Positions 48,920 through 63,689 of a stretch of DNA of 64,000 nucleotides are shown here, piece by piece. The stretch is from assembly GCF_006345805.1 (NCBI RefSeq), contig NC_042999.1:81654001-81718000 (forward strand), given 5' to 3'. Below the pieces are notes generated by a model. It was not told the origin of the DNA and did no database searches. It saw only the letters and a list, made by a program, of their open reading frames with translations. A program made the position numbers and the translations under genes. This stretch comes from Octopus sinensis. Its lineage: Eukaryota. Position 1 is the first letter of the stretch. The number at the start of each line of letters is the position of its first letter.

Positions 48920-51900
48920 TCAATTAATAATTATTAAATATGGAGGGCAAATGACTGTAATGTCATCTTTACAACCAAACATTAATTCCGAAAATTTTCA
49001 CAGCAAACTCTTCCACAACCAACTGTTGTTAGGATATTAAAATTAATTACTCTTCAATTTTTTCGACCTTCAACTTTATCAAGCTTCACCCAGAAACACA
49101 AAATTAGGCGAAGAAAATAGATAAATGCAAAGAGACTTTAATGTTCCTTAAGTGATTTTGATTTTGAAAAAAAAAAAACGTTTTCACTCTAAATTCCCAT
49201 TTAATTATAATTTATTTCAACTTTAGTTGTCTTTTTTAAACATTCATTTTTTAGTTTTCTTTCGTTCATGTTTGTTTTCTGTCATCTTCTTTGATATTTC
49301 ATATACTACTAATCAATCTTTTTGCTAATGCAACGTTTTCTTTCATCGAATAAACCGAACAGAATAACAAAAAACAGATTACAACACCAAAAGTAAGGGA
49401 ATAAAAATATTAAAATGTGAGCATGAACTTTTCTCAATGGTAAAATGGGCAGAAGTAAGAAAATATTTTTAGAAAATCAGTTTGCGTGTGTATTTCTAAG
49501 CTTGTTTTATTTTTCATTCTGCAAAAAGAGCGAATGATCCACGAGATGATTTTAAAAATTATTAATTCTTGAAATTTCATACATGATAGTATGCTGTTTA
49601 AGTGTCTGTTTATTATTTATAACTTGATTTTAAATCTCATCTTGAACAGCGTACTTCATTTCCCGTTTTATCAGTAAAATTCTTTTCACGTTTGTGATAT
49701 AGTGATTTTAAAAGCGAGCTTTGACTTTTTTTGTATTCTCCCCTTTTTGAATTCCATGGCAATATTTCAAATAAACATGTTACAATTTTAGTCAATTTTG
49801 ATCTCCGTTTTATGGATTTTACAATTATTTCCAAACAAATCAATTCAGTCAAAAGTTGCTATTTATTTCATGATAAATTTTATAAAATTTTAGAGTATAT
49901 TTTTAACGCTATACTTGACAGAACATTCTGATATCTTAATAGTATACAGAGAAACTATAAATTAGAGCAAATTTTTATTGACATATTACATGACTGAGAT
50001 GCGTACAGGTGAAATATTTTCGATTTGAAAAATGTATGGTTAACATTCTGTTTGTCACTCATTATCCAATTGTGTTTGCATTGTGAAAAAACAGAACGTA
50101 TTTTCAAATTATGTTTCATGCGTCAGCACATTTAAATTTATATTACATTCACACAAAATCACACATTTTGTGATATACATATGTAGATGTGTTTTACTGA
50201 GCGATTTACTTTTTACAATATTCGGCTGAATTTTAAGGCTGGAGTAGGAATTACAAAAAATCATCCATTATTTTCCCTTCATACCATCCATATATATTAA
50301 TATTATACTTAGAGCATGCATTAATATACCTGTCTAGTTGGGAAGTGAGTTATCCGGTGGTTACGGCGTTGCAATCATTGTCGTATGATCGTAACTTACA
50401 GACATAGACTGACGGCTGCAGTGTACACTTGAGCAAAGGCACTTCACTGATATTATTGTAATCAACTATAACTAAACTATAACTAAACTATAACAGAACT
50501 ATAACTAAACACTATAGAAAATATGTGTAAACTCTCTCGCTCCAGCTGTCAGATACCTGATGTTCATCTCAGTCATGTTTGCGAAGATCGAGACTATCTA
50601 TATATGTACACAACTACATAGGTACGTAAGTCAGTTAGATAAAGTGTGGCGCAAGCTACTAATTCGCACTCGCTTGTGCGTGATGTTCACGTCTATGTGC
50701 ATGGTATTTTCTGATTTACCCATTGTCTATCTTGAACTTCCTTGCCCAGTTTTTTAATTACTGTAGTTTCTGGACTATAAGTTTGCATGTCATTTAGATG
50801 TTGAAATTTAATTCAGAATGTATTTAATAAGTTTCCATTCTTATCTCCAAATGCTCTGCACAAATACCTGCTTCTGCTATCTCTAAGCCTTCAAGGAAAT
50901 AGAAAGCAGTACTCTGCTTTGCACATATTTTCTAGAAAACATTGTTTTACTTGTAAAATATATATCCTCTGATAATATTCTAATTTCAGAAGGAATCTTC
51001 AATTGATATAACTGACATTTATTTTTCTCGTGTTTTACTCTAAACAAGAAACCATTAATTTTCTCGTTGTCCTTGATGGACTGGATAATACATTTAACTT
51101 CAAAGGCACAATATTATATCTTTACATTAATATTCATTTCTTTATTCGTAAACTTTAGTTCAGTTATAAATATTAATCTAAACCTTCTTTAATAATATTT
51201 CCCTCACCAGTTTCTTTACACATAATTTACTTTCTCTACTTTATCGACCACTTTTATGTGTGCCCATGCCTGGTATAATTTTCGCATTTTCTCCTTACGT
51301 TTTATCTTACATTCATTCACGCCACAATATGTATGCTACATATTATCTAGCAATTTGCCACCTGCAGAATAATTTAAATATGTTTATATATACAGGATAT
51401 ATTGGATAACAAGCCCCATAAATTTCTGACCGCATCCGCACTCCACCTCATTTAGATTTAGAGCTTTATTCGTAACTTCATAAGGAATATTATTTTCATT
51501 ATTTAGGATTACTATTTCCTGTGTTTGTACAACTCGCATCGTGCAGCAATTAGTTTCCATATTATATAAAATATTTTCAATTGGGAACCATACACGACAA
51601 ATATCACGAAATCTATCAATATCACCACATTATGTTAATTCTCACTTATCTCTAAAATTGTAATCAAGATATTTGTGATATATAAGCGAGCCATTCATTT
51701 CTCCGAGGCATTTAGGACTCGTTATCGTTATCTGAAGATTCGTTAAATATTTTTTCCGCGGAGATATTTTTTCGTACTTCTAATTTTCATGTACATCTCT
51801 GTAGGAACAAGAGATATGACATTGTATTTTGTGTTTCATATAAGAACAATCATACAAATGAAGATCTTTTCCTTTCCTAAAGCCTTCAGTATTGATTGGT

Positions 51901-53379
51901 TATGATTCGTTCAGTGTATTTTTGTGTAGAGGTTAGATATTTTATCCCTGGATTTAGTAGATATTTTCAGAATCTTTCCAAATACAACAGCAACTCTAAT
52001 TTTACTACATACAGAGATCATAGAGCTAAATGTTAACGATCCGATTCGGTGGAATTGCGAACATGCACTTTTGAAAATACCGCAGTCATGAGCCTGCGTA
52101 TATAAATTACTTTTTACCAACAGCCATTTTACTGACTTCTAAACACATTATACGTATCTAAGGTAGCTCGTCGCACAAATTTCAAAATGATAAATTATCG
52201 AGACAAAGTACCCAGTGACGTCCTTCACCTCCACTAAGGGGCAATTTTATGCTCCAAAACATGCTTGAAAATGTTCCATGTAGTTTTTCAATGTCATTAA
52301 ACTAATTTTAGGTATTTGCTATTGTAGCTTTCTCACTTTACAATTATTTCCAGTAAGCTTTTAAGTGCTGTGTTTATGAAATAGATTACGGATTAGCCGA
52401 ATATTGATTTTAATGCAGATAACAATGTGAATAACTTCTATTTTCAATTTATAGATACGGATATATTAATGTATCATTCCATCTGCACTAAATACAAGAA
52501 GGAAATTAAACACATTCTTATAACGGACATAGTATTTAACAAATCATTCACTACACAATGTTATACTACTATAGTACTTCTAACTTTACTAAATGCATAT
52601 TGAGATTTTTCTGTCGGAAAAAGGTGTGAAGCTTAATATATAAGCTATCTTGTGATCACTGTGCATGCAAAATTTCCATAGTATTTTCGATGTGTCTTTG
52701 TCTGAGACAAGTGGAAAACATAAGAGTATCTGAAATATATTTCTAATGGGTTGAAATCGGTTAGTTGTACGTATGTATAGTAGATCTGCGATATCATTAT
52801 GTGTCATAATGGATTTTATCGGAGCTAGTGTAGGATATGCCATATTTTTACTGTACAATTATTCTCATACGTTATTCAACACATATGATGTGTATCAAAT
52901 ATACTTATTGTTTATAAGTTGCAATTATATCAGTAATATTGTTGCTTTGTTATTCCATCCAGATTATGTAAATTTATCCAATCGTCACAAGGAATATGTT
53001 CCGGTATCTAGTTGTCGGAAATATTTTTCATGTAAATTTAAACTTGAGTGATTCTTCAATATGGTCATCGTATGCCATTTTTGTATTTACCGATTTGGCT
53101 GTTTCTGCAACATTTCACACTCTACTCCATTGTTTTGAGAATTATGATCATACCATATCAATTAATTTGCTACCATTAGTATAATACACAAATAGTGCAT
53201 ATCGCAAGTCAGTTTTAGTGGTGTTGTATTTACAGAGTCAAAATCTTGCAGTTAACTATATATACAAATCGGAATTTGCTTATGTATGTAAATGCGAGAT
53301 TACAATTATTTCCAAGCGATTAATAGGTATTCGTTCTGTTTATTATGAATATTTATTTAAAATTCTTGCACAAGTTCAG

Positions 53380-56300
53380 TAAGTACTCAACTGGAACTTA
53401 CGTTATTGACCCCGAACTTGGCGGAATTTGAACACAAGATCTAAAGACGGACAAAATGCCGCTAATCATTTGTCTGGAGTACTCACGATTCCATCAGCTT
53501 GTCGCCTCTGTTTTTTTTCTAAATGTTAAGATTTGCGGAAATTTCCCAGTAAGGTACATTGTCGAATTGCGACTTACATTTTAATTAGGATGTTTATGCT
53601 TTCCTGATGGTCGTTTAGAAATAAAGATATTCAGTTGATTACGATATAACTATCTGTCCTGTCAGAGTAGATTCACCGAACGTATGGTCGTTTTTACATA
53701 ATTTTGTGATGTATTTACTGTATAAGTATGACAATTTCTGATATAATTCCATCATCCTCAGATAAGTTCCTGTGAATAATACACAAAAAAGATATTTTGT
53801 ATACTAGTGTCACAGTAATAGCATAGACTTGCATGGACCTGTCACACACGAAAACATACCTATATGCACGAACACACAATGATACCGAAAACCACATATG
53901 TTACATAAACATAGTCAACGTACAAATAAAAAAATCTGCATACAGATAGAGTAAAAATGAGAGAGGTACCGAGAGGCAAGGTGTGTGGGAGATAGTGACC
54001 GAAAAGTGTACGATAATTCCTTCCTACACTAGGCACCAGGCCCCATATTTTGGGGTAGGGTCCAGTCGATTAGATTGATCCAGTGCGCAACTGGTACTTA
54101 ATTTATCGACCCCGAAAGGATGAAGGCAAAGTCGACCCCGGCGGAATTTGAACTCAGAACGTAGCGGCAGACGAAATACATATTTCTTTACTACCCACAA
54201 GGGGCTAAACACAGAGAGAGGGAACAAACAAGGACAAACAAACGGATTAAGTGAATTACATCGACCCCAGTACGTAACTGGTACTTATTTAATCGACCCC
54301 CAAAAGAATGAAAGGCAAAGTCGACCTCGGCAGAATTTGAACTCAGAACGTAGCAGCAGACGAAATACCGCTAAGCATTTCGCCCGGCGTGCTAACGTTT
54401 CTGCCAGATCGCCGCCTTCAAGTATACAATAATTGAAGCAGAAATTTAGGCAGATGAACTAAGAGAACGATAAATACGAAAGTACGTAGGAGGAGGGTCC
54501 ATTCAATACGGATAAAGTACGCACACATACTCTCAAAAATGTGTCTCATTGTGTATTTGTATTTATGTGTAGATTACAGTGAATATAAAACCTTCAGCTT
54601 TACCAACTAATTTATTTGTCATTTTACACACAACTATTGAACATTTCTCACTCAATCATTTGACGTAGTTCAATATGCTTACAGCATACGAAGACACACA
54701 AACACATTTACATATACCAATGTAGCATTCTGTAAGTTCTCCTTAACGTACATGTACTCTAGGAAGCTTCAAAAGTGCAGTATTCGGCTCGAGAATGCAT
54801 CTCGTATAGAAGTATAATACAACCTAATACCGAAGAATATCAATAGTGAACGCCAAGCGATCAGGAGCGGCGGCAGAATTGCTAAATCCTGATTTTTGTC
54901 TCCTTAAGGTAATGACACACATACACGCGCACACACATATTTACATACACTCGCGCGCACTCTCTCTCACACACACACACATACACTCACACACCACTTA
55001 TGCATGTATGTTTATGTATGTATGTGTGCGTGTGTGTGAATGCATGTGCGTGCGTTTGTATGCTTGTGCGTGTGTGCCTGTTCATATAAATATTTCACAT
55101 ATTTACTAAGCTGTCGATTATAAACCACTGGAATATATATTTCTTTACTACCCACAAGGGGCTAAACACAGAGGGGACAAATAAGGACAGACAAACGGAT
55201 TAAGTCGGTTACATCGACCCCAGTGCGTAACTGGTACTTAGCGTTTCTGCCAGCTCAGGCAGCGAGCTCGCAGAATCATTAGCACGCCCGGCGAAATGCT
55301 TTGTGGTATTTCGTCTGCCGCTGCGTTCTGAGTTCAAATTCTACCGCGATCCACTTTACTTTTCATCTCTTCGTGGTCGCCTATAATGTCATATTAATCA
55401 TATATAAACTTCTACATTTTAGAATTTGAGGTTTAATTAATTACTTGTTAATTTATTAAATTTTGTTGATATAAAAGTTTTATTATTTTAAAATCACGGT
55501 ACTTTAGATGTGTAAGTCCATTATTTATTGGGTGTATTTTATGCTATCGTCTACTTCAATGAATTATTCGATAAATTGTTCATATATGTTATAGCATTAG
55601 TTTGTTTCGTTCTCCAATAAAATTTACATGTTCTTTATTTCTTAAACTAAGGCGGCTAGCTAGCAGAAGCGTTAGCACACCGGGAGGTATTTCGTTTGTC
55701 TTGACGTTCTATGATCCAATTCCGCCGAAGGCAACTTTGACTTTCAACCATTCATAATTTAAGTACCAATTGAGTACTGGGGTTGATCTAATCGACTAGC
55801 CACCTCCCCAAAAATGTTGGATCCTGTGCCTAGAGTAGAAAATAACAAAATTCGTTTGTTCATTATTTCTTAACTTAAGGCGGCGAGCTGTCAGAAACGT
55901 TAGCACGCCGGGCGAAATGCGTAGCGGTATTTCGTCTGCCGTTACGTTCTGATTTCAAATTCCGCCGAAGTCGACTTTGCCTTTCATCCTTTCGGGTCGA
56001 TTGAATAAGTACCAGTTACGCACTGGTGTCGATATAATCGACTAATCCGTTTGTCTGTCCTTATTTGCCCCCTCTATGTTTAGCCCCTTGTGGGTAGTAA
56101 AGAAATAGGTATTTTGTCTGTCTTTACGTTCTGAGTTCAAATTCTGCTGAGGTCGACTTTGCCTTTCGTGCTTTCGGGGTCGATAAATTAAGTACTAGCT
56201 GTGTACTGGGTTTGATCTAATCGACTCGCCCCCTTCTGCAAATTTTCGGCCGGGCTTGTGCCTAGAGTAGAAAAGATTATTTCTTAACTTAGTGTTAACT

Positions 56301-56890
56301 TTAGTACTCAGTGCCTCCGCTTTTTTTTTTTTTTGCTCTAATTAATCAGCTGCGTATAAATTCTGAAAATAAATTTTTTTCTGTAGGTTCTATTTTCGAA
56401 CGAGTTGTTTTTCAGTAAAAAACATTTAAAGTTTGTTCGCATTAGGTTTTGGAACGTGACATTTTACTTATATAAGTATTTCAATTTTACTGTAGGTTTA
56501 TAAGCCCATTGGTTAGCGTTGTAATATACGTGTTCTTAGCTTTCATTTTGATTATAGAAAAACTCATGGCTTAAAATTTTGGCGCAAAGCCAGCAATTTT
56601 GTGAGAGGGCGCATGTTGCTTATGTGTATATTTGTAGTTATCTATGCGATTATAGGCCCATTGTTAACGTGGTATATGTGTTCTTTCTCTTCACATTATG
56701 GAAACATGGTTTCAAATTTTGGCGCAAGGCCAACAATTTATGTGAAGAGATGGTAGTTATTGTATGGAACCCCAAAATATGAAAGGCAAAGTCGACCAGG
56801 GAAGATTTTAAACTCAGAAATTAAACATGAATGAAATGAGCTAAGAATTATGTCCGGAGTGCTAAGAATTATGTCAGTTCACTGCCTTAT
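53380..56890. mobile_element. Cluster of SINE family B copies in both orientations, including dimers at about 54020-54420 (-) and 55875-56280 (+)
   Basis: Repeated GTCGACTTTGCCTTTCATCC / AAGTACCAGTTACGCACTG / TTAGCCCCTTGTGGGTAGTAAAGAAAT motifs. Confidence 0.85.
53721..53770 (-). ncRNA. Possible decayed hammerhead motif
   Basis: Minus strand CTTAT CTGAGGA TGAT GGAATTAT ATCA GAAA TTG TC ATA; stem III and stem I are defective. Confidence 0.3.
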
Positions 56891-57344
56891 TAAACCGAAT
56901 AGAAATAATACTTAAAACGTAACGTGAGGAAATACAATCATGAATAGGAGTAGGTAAAAAAATTGCTGAAGTCGCTAACAAAAACTGCGTGTACGTTAGC
57001 TACAGTTAAATCAAATGCATATCATAAACTTGCGAAATAAAAATTTCAAACTAATAAAATAAACATGTAAAGCTGGTCGGTCAGAACGTTATTACTTTTC
57101 ATAATAACAAGAATCTATTGGATGAAATCGATTGACCTTTGACGGTAAAATATAACTATTGAAAATTCAGTCGAAATTTAATTAAAGACTAAATGTCATA
57201 AATTGCGTATATTCATGGAACTAGGAATAATAACGATAGAGAATAAAAATTATGACATTTTTGAAAGTAATAGTTTAAGAATAATTTGACTTAAGAGAGT
57301 TAAAAATTAACATTCAATTTAAGAATGAATAATTACATATGCAT

Positions 57345-57415
<71 letters not shown>

Positions 57416-57965
57416 GTATATGTTTCTGTGTATGTATATATGTTTGAGTGCGTGTGTATGTAGCGTATACATTCACAAACATATACACACACCTTATATG
57501 TACACATATACGCATGTGTAAATGCATACATATATGCATATAGATGGCACTTCAATCTCTACCATGAATACTGTACAGTTACTTAACACTCCCCTTTCAC
57601 CGTAAAGATATTTATATATACGTGACGGCACTGCAAGGTTAAATATAATGGTATCATCAAAATCACAGGTTTATTCAAATTAAGCATTCAAATTAATTTT
57701 TTTCAGAAACGGTCACAGGTTCACACATAAAAATATAGAGAATACATGCATACAAAAAAGTATACTTCATATGCAAGCCTACGCCAGAGCAGAAACATTT
57801 CTATACATCTATACTCACCTATAACACTTGTAAATACGCTTCCTTCTTCGAATGTATGTGTGAGAGCGTGTAAGTATGCGAGTGTGTGCTTGTCCATGCA
57901 AGAGTGTGTTCGTGTAGATGTGTCGGAATGGGTTATATGACAACTGATTTTACAGATGTAAACAC

Positions 57966-58047
57966 CAATTTGATATATATAAACTCTTGAAACACTTCCA
58001 TTTCTGTCCGACTTCAAAGATTTCGGCAAACATAACATTCCTTTCAT
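57966..58047 (-). CDS. Candidate exon of an unidentified gene
   Basis: Good acceptor (TTTCCATTTCACCAATCACTCCTACAG) and two open frames; donor uncertain; protein not recognised. Confidence 0.2.
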
Positions 58048-58359
58048 CTGTAGGAGTGATTGGTGAAATGGAAATTATATATGCCAAATCAAATGATTTT
58101 ATGTATTATGTTATGTTTCTTATAATTCTTAGTAATAGGCGTAGTAACAGAATTTTGATGCTGATTTGTTACTATTAATACGTAACTCTATATGTATGTG
58201 TGTGTCTGTCTAGCTATCTATATATCCATCTCTCTCTCTTTTTCTTCGCACTCCCTCTCTCTCTCTATATATATATACATATATGTATTATGTATCTATG
58301 TATCTATATGTATATACATACTCACATACACACACACATATATATATAAATATATATAC

Positions 58360-58432
<73 letters not shown>

Positions 58433-59063
58433 TATATATATACATACATACATACTTACATACATCACTTATAAACGTATTTCGCATTATTTTCATACGT
58501 ATATCATTATGCACTTACTGTTCAACTATGCATATGCATTTAATATTTTTCTTTTCTCTTTTTTTTCAGTTTCCCAAAACTAGAAATTATATGTGTGTGC
58601 AAAATAATACAGCCGCAAAATTCACCGAAACCACACACACTAGACGTAAACACATGCATACGTACATACATACATACATTCATGCTTTCATACACTCACA
58701 TATGCATATTTCTATATGCATATATATATACATATATATATTTATATATATATATAGACATAACTGTACCAGCAATGTGTACATATACATATATAAACGC
58801 ATAAGTGTACAGATAATGTGCGTATATATACATACACACACATATATATATACACACATCTATATACATACACCAAAAGAAATGTAATTGCGCATTTCTT
58901 TTTTAAATCTTATTCTTTATGATTTTGTATATTTGTTCACAACATCGAAATATATATGTTCAAGGAGTATGCTTGATATTTCTCAAAGCAGTCTTCTGTA
59001 TCTTGCTTTCGAAATTCTCATTTCCTCCATATGGTGGATTTTTTCGCCATGACACTGCGACTG

Positions 59064-59094
<31 letters not shown>

Positions 59095-59105
59095 CATATA
59101 TATGT

Positions 59106-59186
<81 letters not shown>

Positions 59187-59195
59187 GTTTATATA

Positions 59196-59234
<39 letters not shown>

Positions 59235-59236
<2 letters not shown>

Positions 59237-59943
59237 CAAAATGAGATAAGAACGCAAAACATCCGGACAAAAAGGGACGACAAAACATCTTGATTGACGA
59301 TACAAGGAAAACAAGCACGGGTCATTCGAAGCTCTTCCACTTCAGTCATATATATATATATATATATATATACGTGAGTATCCAATGCATTTTTATTAAA
59401 AGATAAATTGTGAGTTTTCTCTGTATATGATTCAATGATACTTATAAAGTCTTTTTTGTCTTCATGTGAAGCATATTGTAAAAGTATTTTCGCACATGCT
59501 GAAGGTTCCATGCATGATGTCATGTTGTCCACAGAAATAACTGGATCTGTAATTTAAACCACCCACTGAGCTTCATATCAAGCCAAGCATTTCAATATCA
59601 TACAAATATTCTTTCATAGGTGAGTAGTTATTGTGTTTGCCGGTGATATGTTTTGATAGATTGAGTTAAACGAAGAAAGAACGGGTCCCTGGGGCTCTCT
59701 TGAATAAATATATATTTCCCCTTACATTATTAGACCTAATCCTCGCCCTGATATATTTGCGATATTTGAATTAAGAGTAGAAAACCTCAACAGAAAAAAA
59801 ATTTGTAACCAGCGAATCGAGAATTGCATGTCACGCTCATTTTGTAAGCTACAAACTTGCGCATACAGATGAACAACCGTATATAGATGCTTGCATACGG
59901 TCGCATGCATATGCTTATACATACACACACACATATATATATT

Positions 59944-59977
<34 letters not shown>

Positions 59978-60076
59978 CATGTGCGTGTGTGTGTGTGGGG
60001 GGTCTCTGCACGTACATGTGCGTATTGTATACACATATATATATATGTGTGTGTATATATATATATATATATACAT

Positions 60077-60107
<31 letters not shown>

Positions 60108-60400
60108 CAAAATGTGGCAAGAACGCAAAGCATCCAGACAAGGGATACAAAAAAGGGGCAAAAAAACATCCAGATAGGCGATACAAACAAAACAAGGACG
60201 AGTCATTCGGAGTTTTCTTTGCTCAGTCGAGTTGCAGATTATCTTTGCAATTTCTGCTGGTTAAACTCGAGATCGCTCATATCTGGCCAGCTCCAAGGAA
60301 AGACGAAGTTAAGAGCATTAGAATTCTTGGAAGAAAGGAGCGAATGTATACGAAGAAAAGGACGAAAAAAAAACCGAGAAGGTTACACAAATACAAATAA
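59235..60400. repeat. Two related copies of an interspersed repeat (about 59235-59345 and 60105-60400)
   Basis: Shared TACAAAATG...AAGAACGCAAA.CATCC.GACA...CGATACAA...AACAAG.ACG.GTCATTCG.AG. Confidence 0.65.
59374..59546 (-). CDS. Candidate 173-nt exon of an unidentified gene
   Basis: TTACAG acceptor, open frame (D)PVISVDNMTSCMEPSACAKILLQY...NALDTH, weak CAC/GTATAT donor; non-repetitive island between TA tracts. Confidence 0.3.
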
Positions 60401-60817
60401 CAGGACTTAAAAACAGGTGTCTTTCGATATAGGACGAATTAAATTTAGCTGGAGTGTGTGGAAGTAAAGCCTTACGGCAGAGATACAGGATTTTACGGGC
60501 ACAGGGAGGAATGTAGATGTTGCACGGACAGCAGCCAAACCAAGAAAGAAAGGTCAGGCTTTGCCGAACACCGGTCACGTGGGGAGAGAAGAGAGAGATA
60601 GAGACAGAGGTACAGAAGAAATATGGAGGGGCGAGAAAAAATGACAGGGAGACAGTGAAGCGAAAAGAGGAAAGAAAGTGAGCATAAAGATAAAACAATG
60701 AAATATGATAGAATTAAAACGGAAAAAGGAGAGTTGAATGAATGGAGTAAACGTGAAAGGGCTGATAGAAAGGAAAGAATAAAAGAATATTATAATATAT
60801 ATATATATATATATATA

Positions 60818-60852
<35 letters not shown>

Positions 60853-61079
60853 CGAGTATGACTCCAAACTTCCAGGATTAAATCAAATTTCACAGTATAA
60901 ATATATAAAATATGAATTGAGATAAAAAAATTAATTAATTGAAAGAAAACATTTTTAATTTTAAAATTTATATATATATTTTATACTTTATTATTATTAT
61001 ATTATATTTATATTCTTTGTTATTTATGAATTGATTTATCACTGATTGAGTTGCCTAATAGTGGTTTTATCCCTAATTC

Positions 61080-61157
<78 letters not shown>

Positions 61158-62956
61158 CAAACTGGAAACTAGTAGGGAAGTATACTGTCCCTCTGCAGTT
61201 CATTAATTTGGTAGAAACAGTAATCTTAATCTACTTAAGCACCCTTTTTCCTCCCCATTCTTTAAAATATATATGTCAAAATTGATGATAAATTAAGTGG
61301 ATAATAATTGCGAGAATAAAATCAATTGGCTTCAGGAGACGCCAACCCAGTATTTCTCCAAACATTATGTCCTTTGAAATTTAGGACATCCTTTCCTAGG
61401 TATAATGATGCCTTACTCAATGAACAGGTTGAATGGCACTTAACAAATATATAATTTCAACAATGACAGAAGATGATGGTTTAGGGGAATCTTGCAGTTA
61501 ATTTCTTTTCAAGCCTTTCTTTTCTGAGTTCGTATTCTGCTGTGATAAACTTTGCCTTTTACCTTTCTAGAATCATTGAAATAATGTGCCCTCCTGGGGT
61601 GATGGAATGGTGAAATTTATGGAGCTTTGAGGAACAGTTTTACTGAATTTGTCCATGCTTATCTTTATATTTTGAATGGACCTTTGGCGATTCTGATGCC
61701 AAACTGTATGATTCTTTACGTTTGTCTTGGAGATGGGGAAAGAAAACTTGATATATAAGAAATAAATGCGTATCCATTTAAAAAAATTTTCGCAGACATG
61801 TACTATGAGAATGGACTACCTGTGGAATTACATTAGTGTTTCTGAACAAGATCTGACTTGTAGGTATTTAGAGAAAACAGAAAGAAACAGATCGCTATCA
61901 ATAACTTTTGTAGTATGTAGAAATTTTCAGTGCTAATGATGATGACGTTGATGATGTGTGTGCATGGATGCATATGAGTGCGTGCGTGTGTAAGCGTGAG
62001 AGAGTGAGTGAGTGTGTGTGAATGTGGACATGTATATGTAAAGATATATTTGTGAGTGAGTTTTGGTGTTTGTATATTTGTATGTAAGTGTGCAATATGT
62101 ATCTTAGAAAATAAAGCATTATAAAACAAACATGTATTTTGGAATATATCAATGAAAAAAATCACTTAAAAGATAAAATGCGATTAAGAATGTATTTGAA
62201 AATTAGAGAAAATTTATTAATTTGTATAATGACCAGAAGCAATATAATTTAATAAATGAAGACTCAATTTTATCACTTTACGACAGAGAATCTGTTTAAA
62301 CATAATAAACTATGAAGATTACGCTACATGTTTTACTGATATAACAAAAAGCCATGCACACATATACACATATTGCTTTATCAACTAATTATCACATGTC
62401 GATATATATCGCTAAACACTACATGATGACTTAACTGTTCTTTCTGTGGACTGTTCGCCCGATGAATTTTAGGATTCGCAAAATTTTTCCTTTTCGTATT
62501 CTGCTATCATATTGTGTCGCAAAAAAATCGTTTCGCATAAGTTCCCATAGTCGTAGTTGTACCATGAAATTTTCCATTAAATTGACCAACTAAGTTACTT
62601 GATGCACAAAAGTGCAAATGGTACATCCTCAAACCCAGGTCAAATAGGAATGACTTCTTTTGGAATGAAACGATCCTATTCGTGTTATCTATTAGAAAAG
62701 TGGTCAAGCAGCCCATGTTGAAAGTTTTATCATGATACCAACAATCAACAGGGTTGTCAAAATGTTGTAGGGAAGAGAAGGAATATAGTTTTCACATGAG
62801 AAAAGTTACAAATCTTCGGTAAGGAATTTCAAATATTAATAAGACATAAGTGGTGTGTCTTTCCTAAAACAAATGTGAGGTTCCGTCACCATCATATGTA
62901 GGTGTATGTATAGGTATCTGGCTGAGTATTTAGGTATATAAATATCTCTCTCTTTC

Positions 62957-63029
<73 letters not shown>

Positions 63030-63034
63030 CATAT

Positions 63035-63668
63035 ATATTACTGGTGAAGGCCGGTTTATAGGGTTAGCCTAGATTTATCGCCATAAAGGATAACTAGGCT
63101 AACCCTATAAACCGGCCTTCACCAGTAATATGTACATATATATATATATATATATATATAAAGGTACCCATAAAGGGTACCTTTATGGCGTTACTTCAGA
63201 TGCTAAGACATGTTGGCCTGTGGTGCCTTTAAAATATGGAGGGGGAAATAATACAGATATTAAAAATGGAGATGATCTCTCATGCTGTTCAGCAATCAAT
63301 TTCCAACTGTGGTGTAATTATCGTTAATAACGTTATTATCGCTATTATGCTTGCATTTCAAGAGATTCCTGTTACCGTTTGGGGAACCGCATAAAAGCGA
63401 TAATAGCAGTATTAGCGATAATGATACCACAGCTGGAAACTGATTGCTGGTGAGAGTGGGAGATAACCCCTATCTTTTACCCTCATAGCCGACAGATGGT
63501 ATAGCTGAAGGAGGATGATACTGCCGGAAACCGATAACCAACACCAAAGGGAGGTAATTCCCATTGTTTATATCTGTATTGTTCCCTCTATATTTTAAAG
63601 GGGCCACAGGCCAACAAGTCTTGCGAGAAAACCTGTGTAACCCTATAAATCGGCCCTCACCAGTAATA
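63035..63668. mobile_element. Foldback element with a perfect 38-bp hairpin and nested long inverted repeats, immediately upstream of a PLE fragment
   Basis: 63035-63072 and 63094-63131 form a perfect inverted repeat. 63205-63269 pairs with 63561-63622, and 63290-63350 pairs with 63389-63449. A third terminal copy lies at 63638-63668. Confidence 0.85.
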
Positions 63669-63689
63669 AATATACATTGCTCTACGTCT

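Noticed and set aside
60190-60240. Hammerhead-like CTGAGCA...CCGAATGAC on the minus strand (and CTGAAGT...GAAT at about 59320-59350)
   Set aside because: The core deviates in both halves (no GAAA) and stems II and III do not pair canonically.
61240-61740. Coding-like minus-strand stretch (similar ones at about 29400-30100, 39000-40400 and 50750-51400)
   Set aside because: Frequent stops and no diagnostic motifs; probably very old TE debris and not classifiable by eye.
63180-63190. CCTTTATGGC shared with the 3' stem-loop of E2
   Set aside because: A 10-nt match in a different structural context; likely coincidence.
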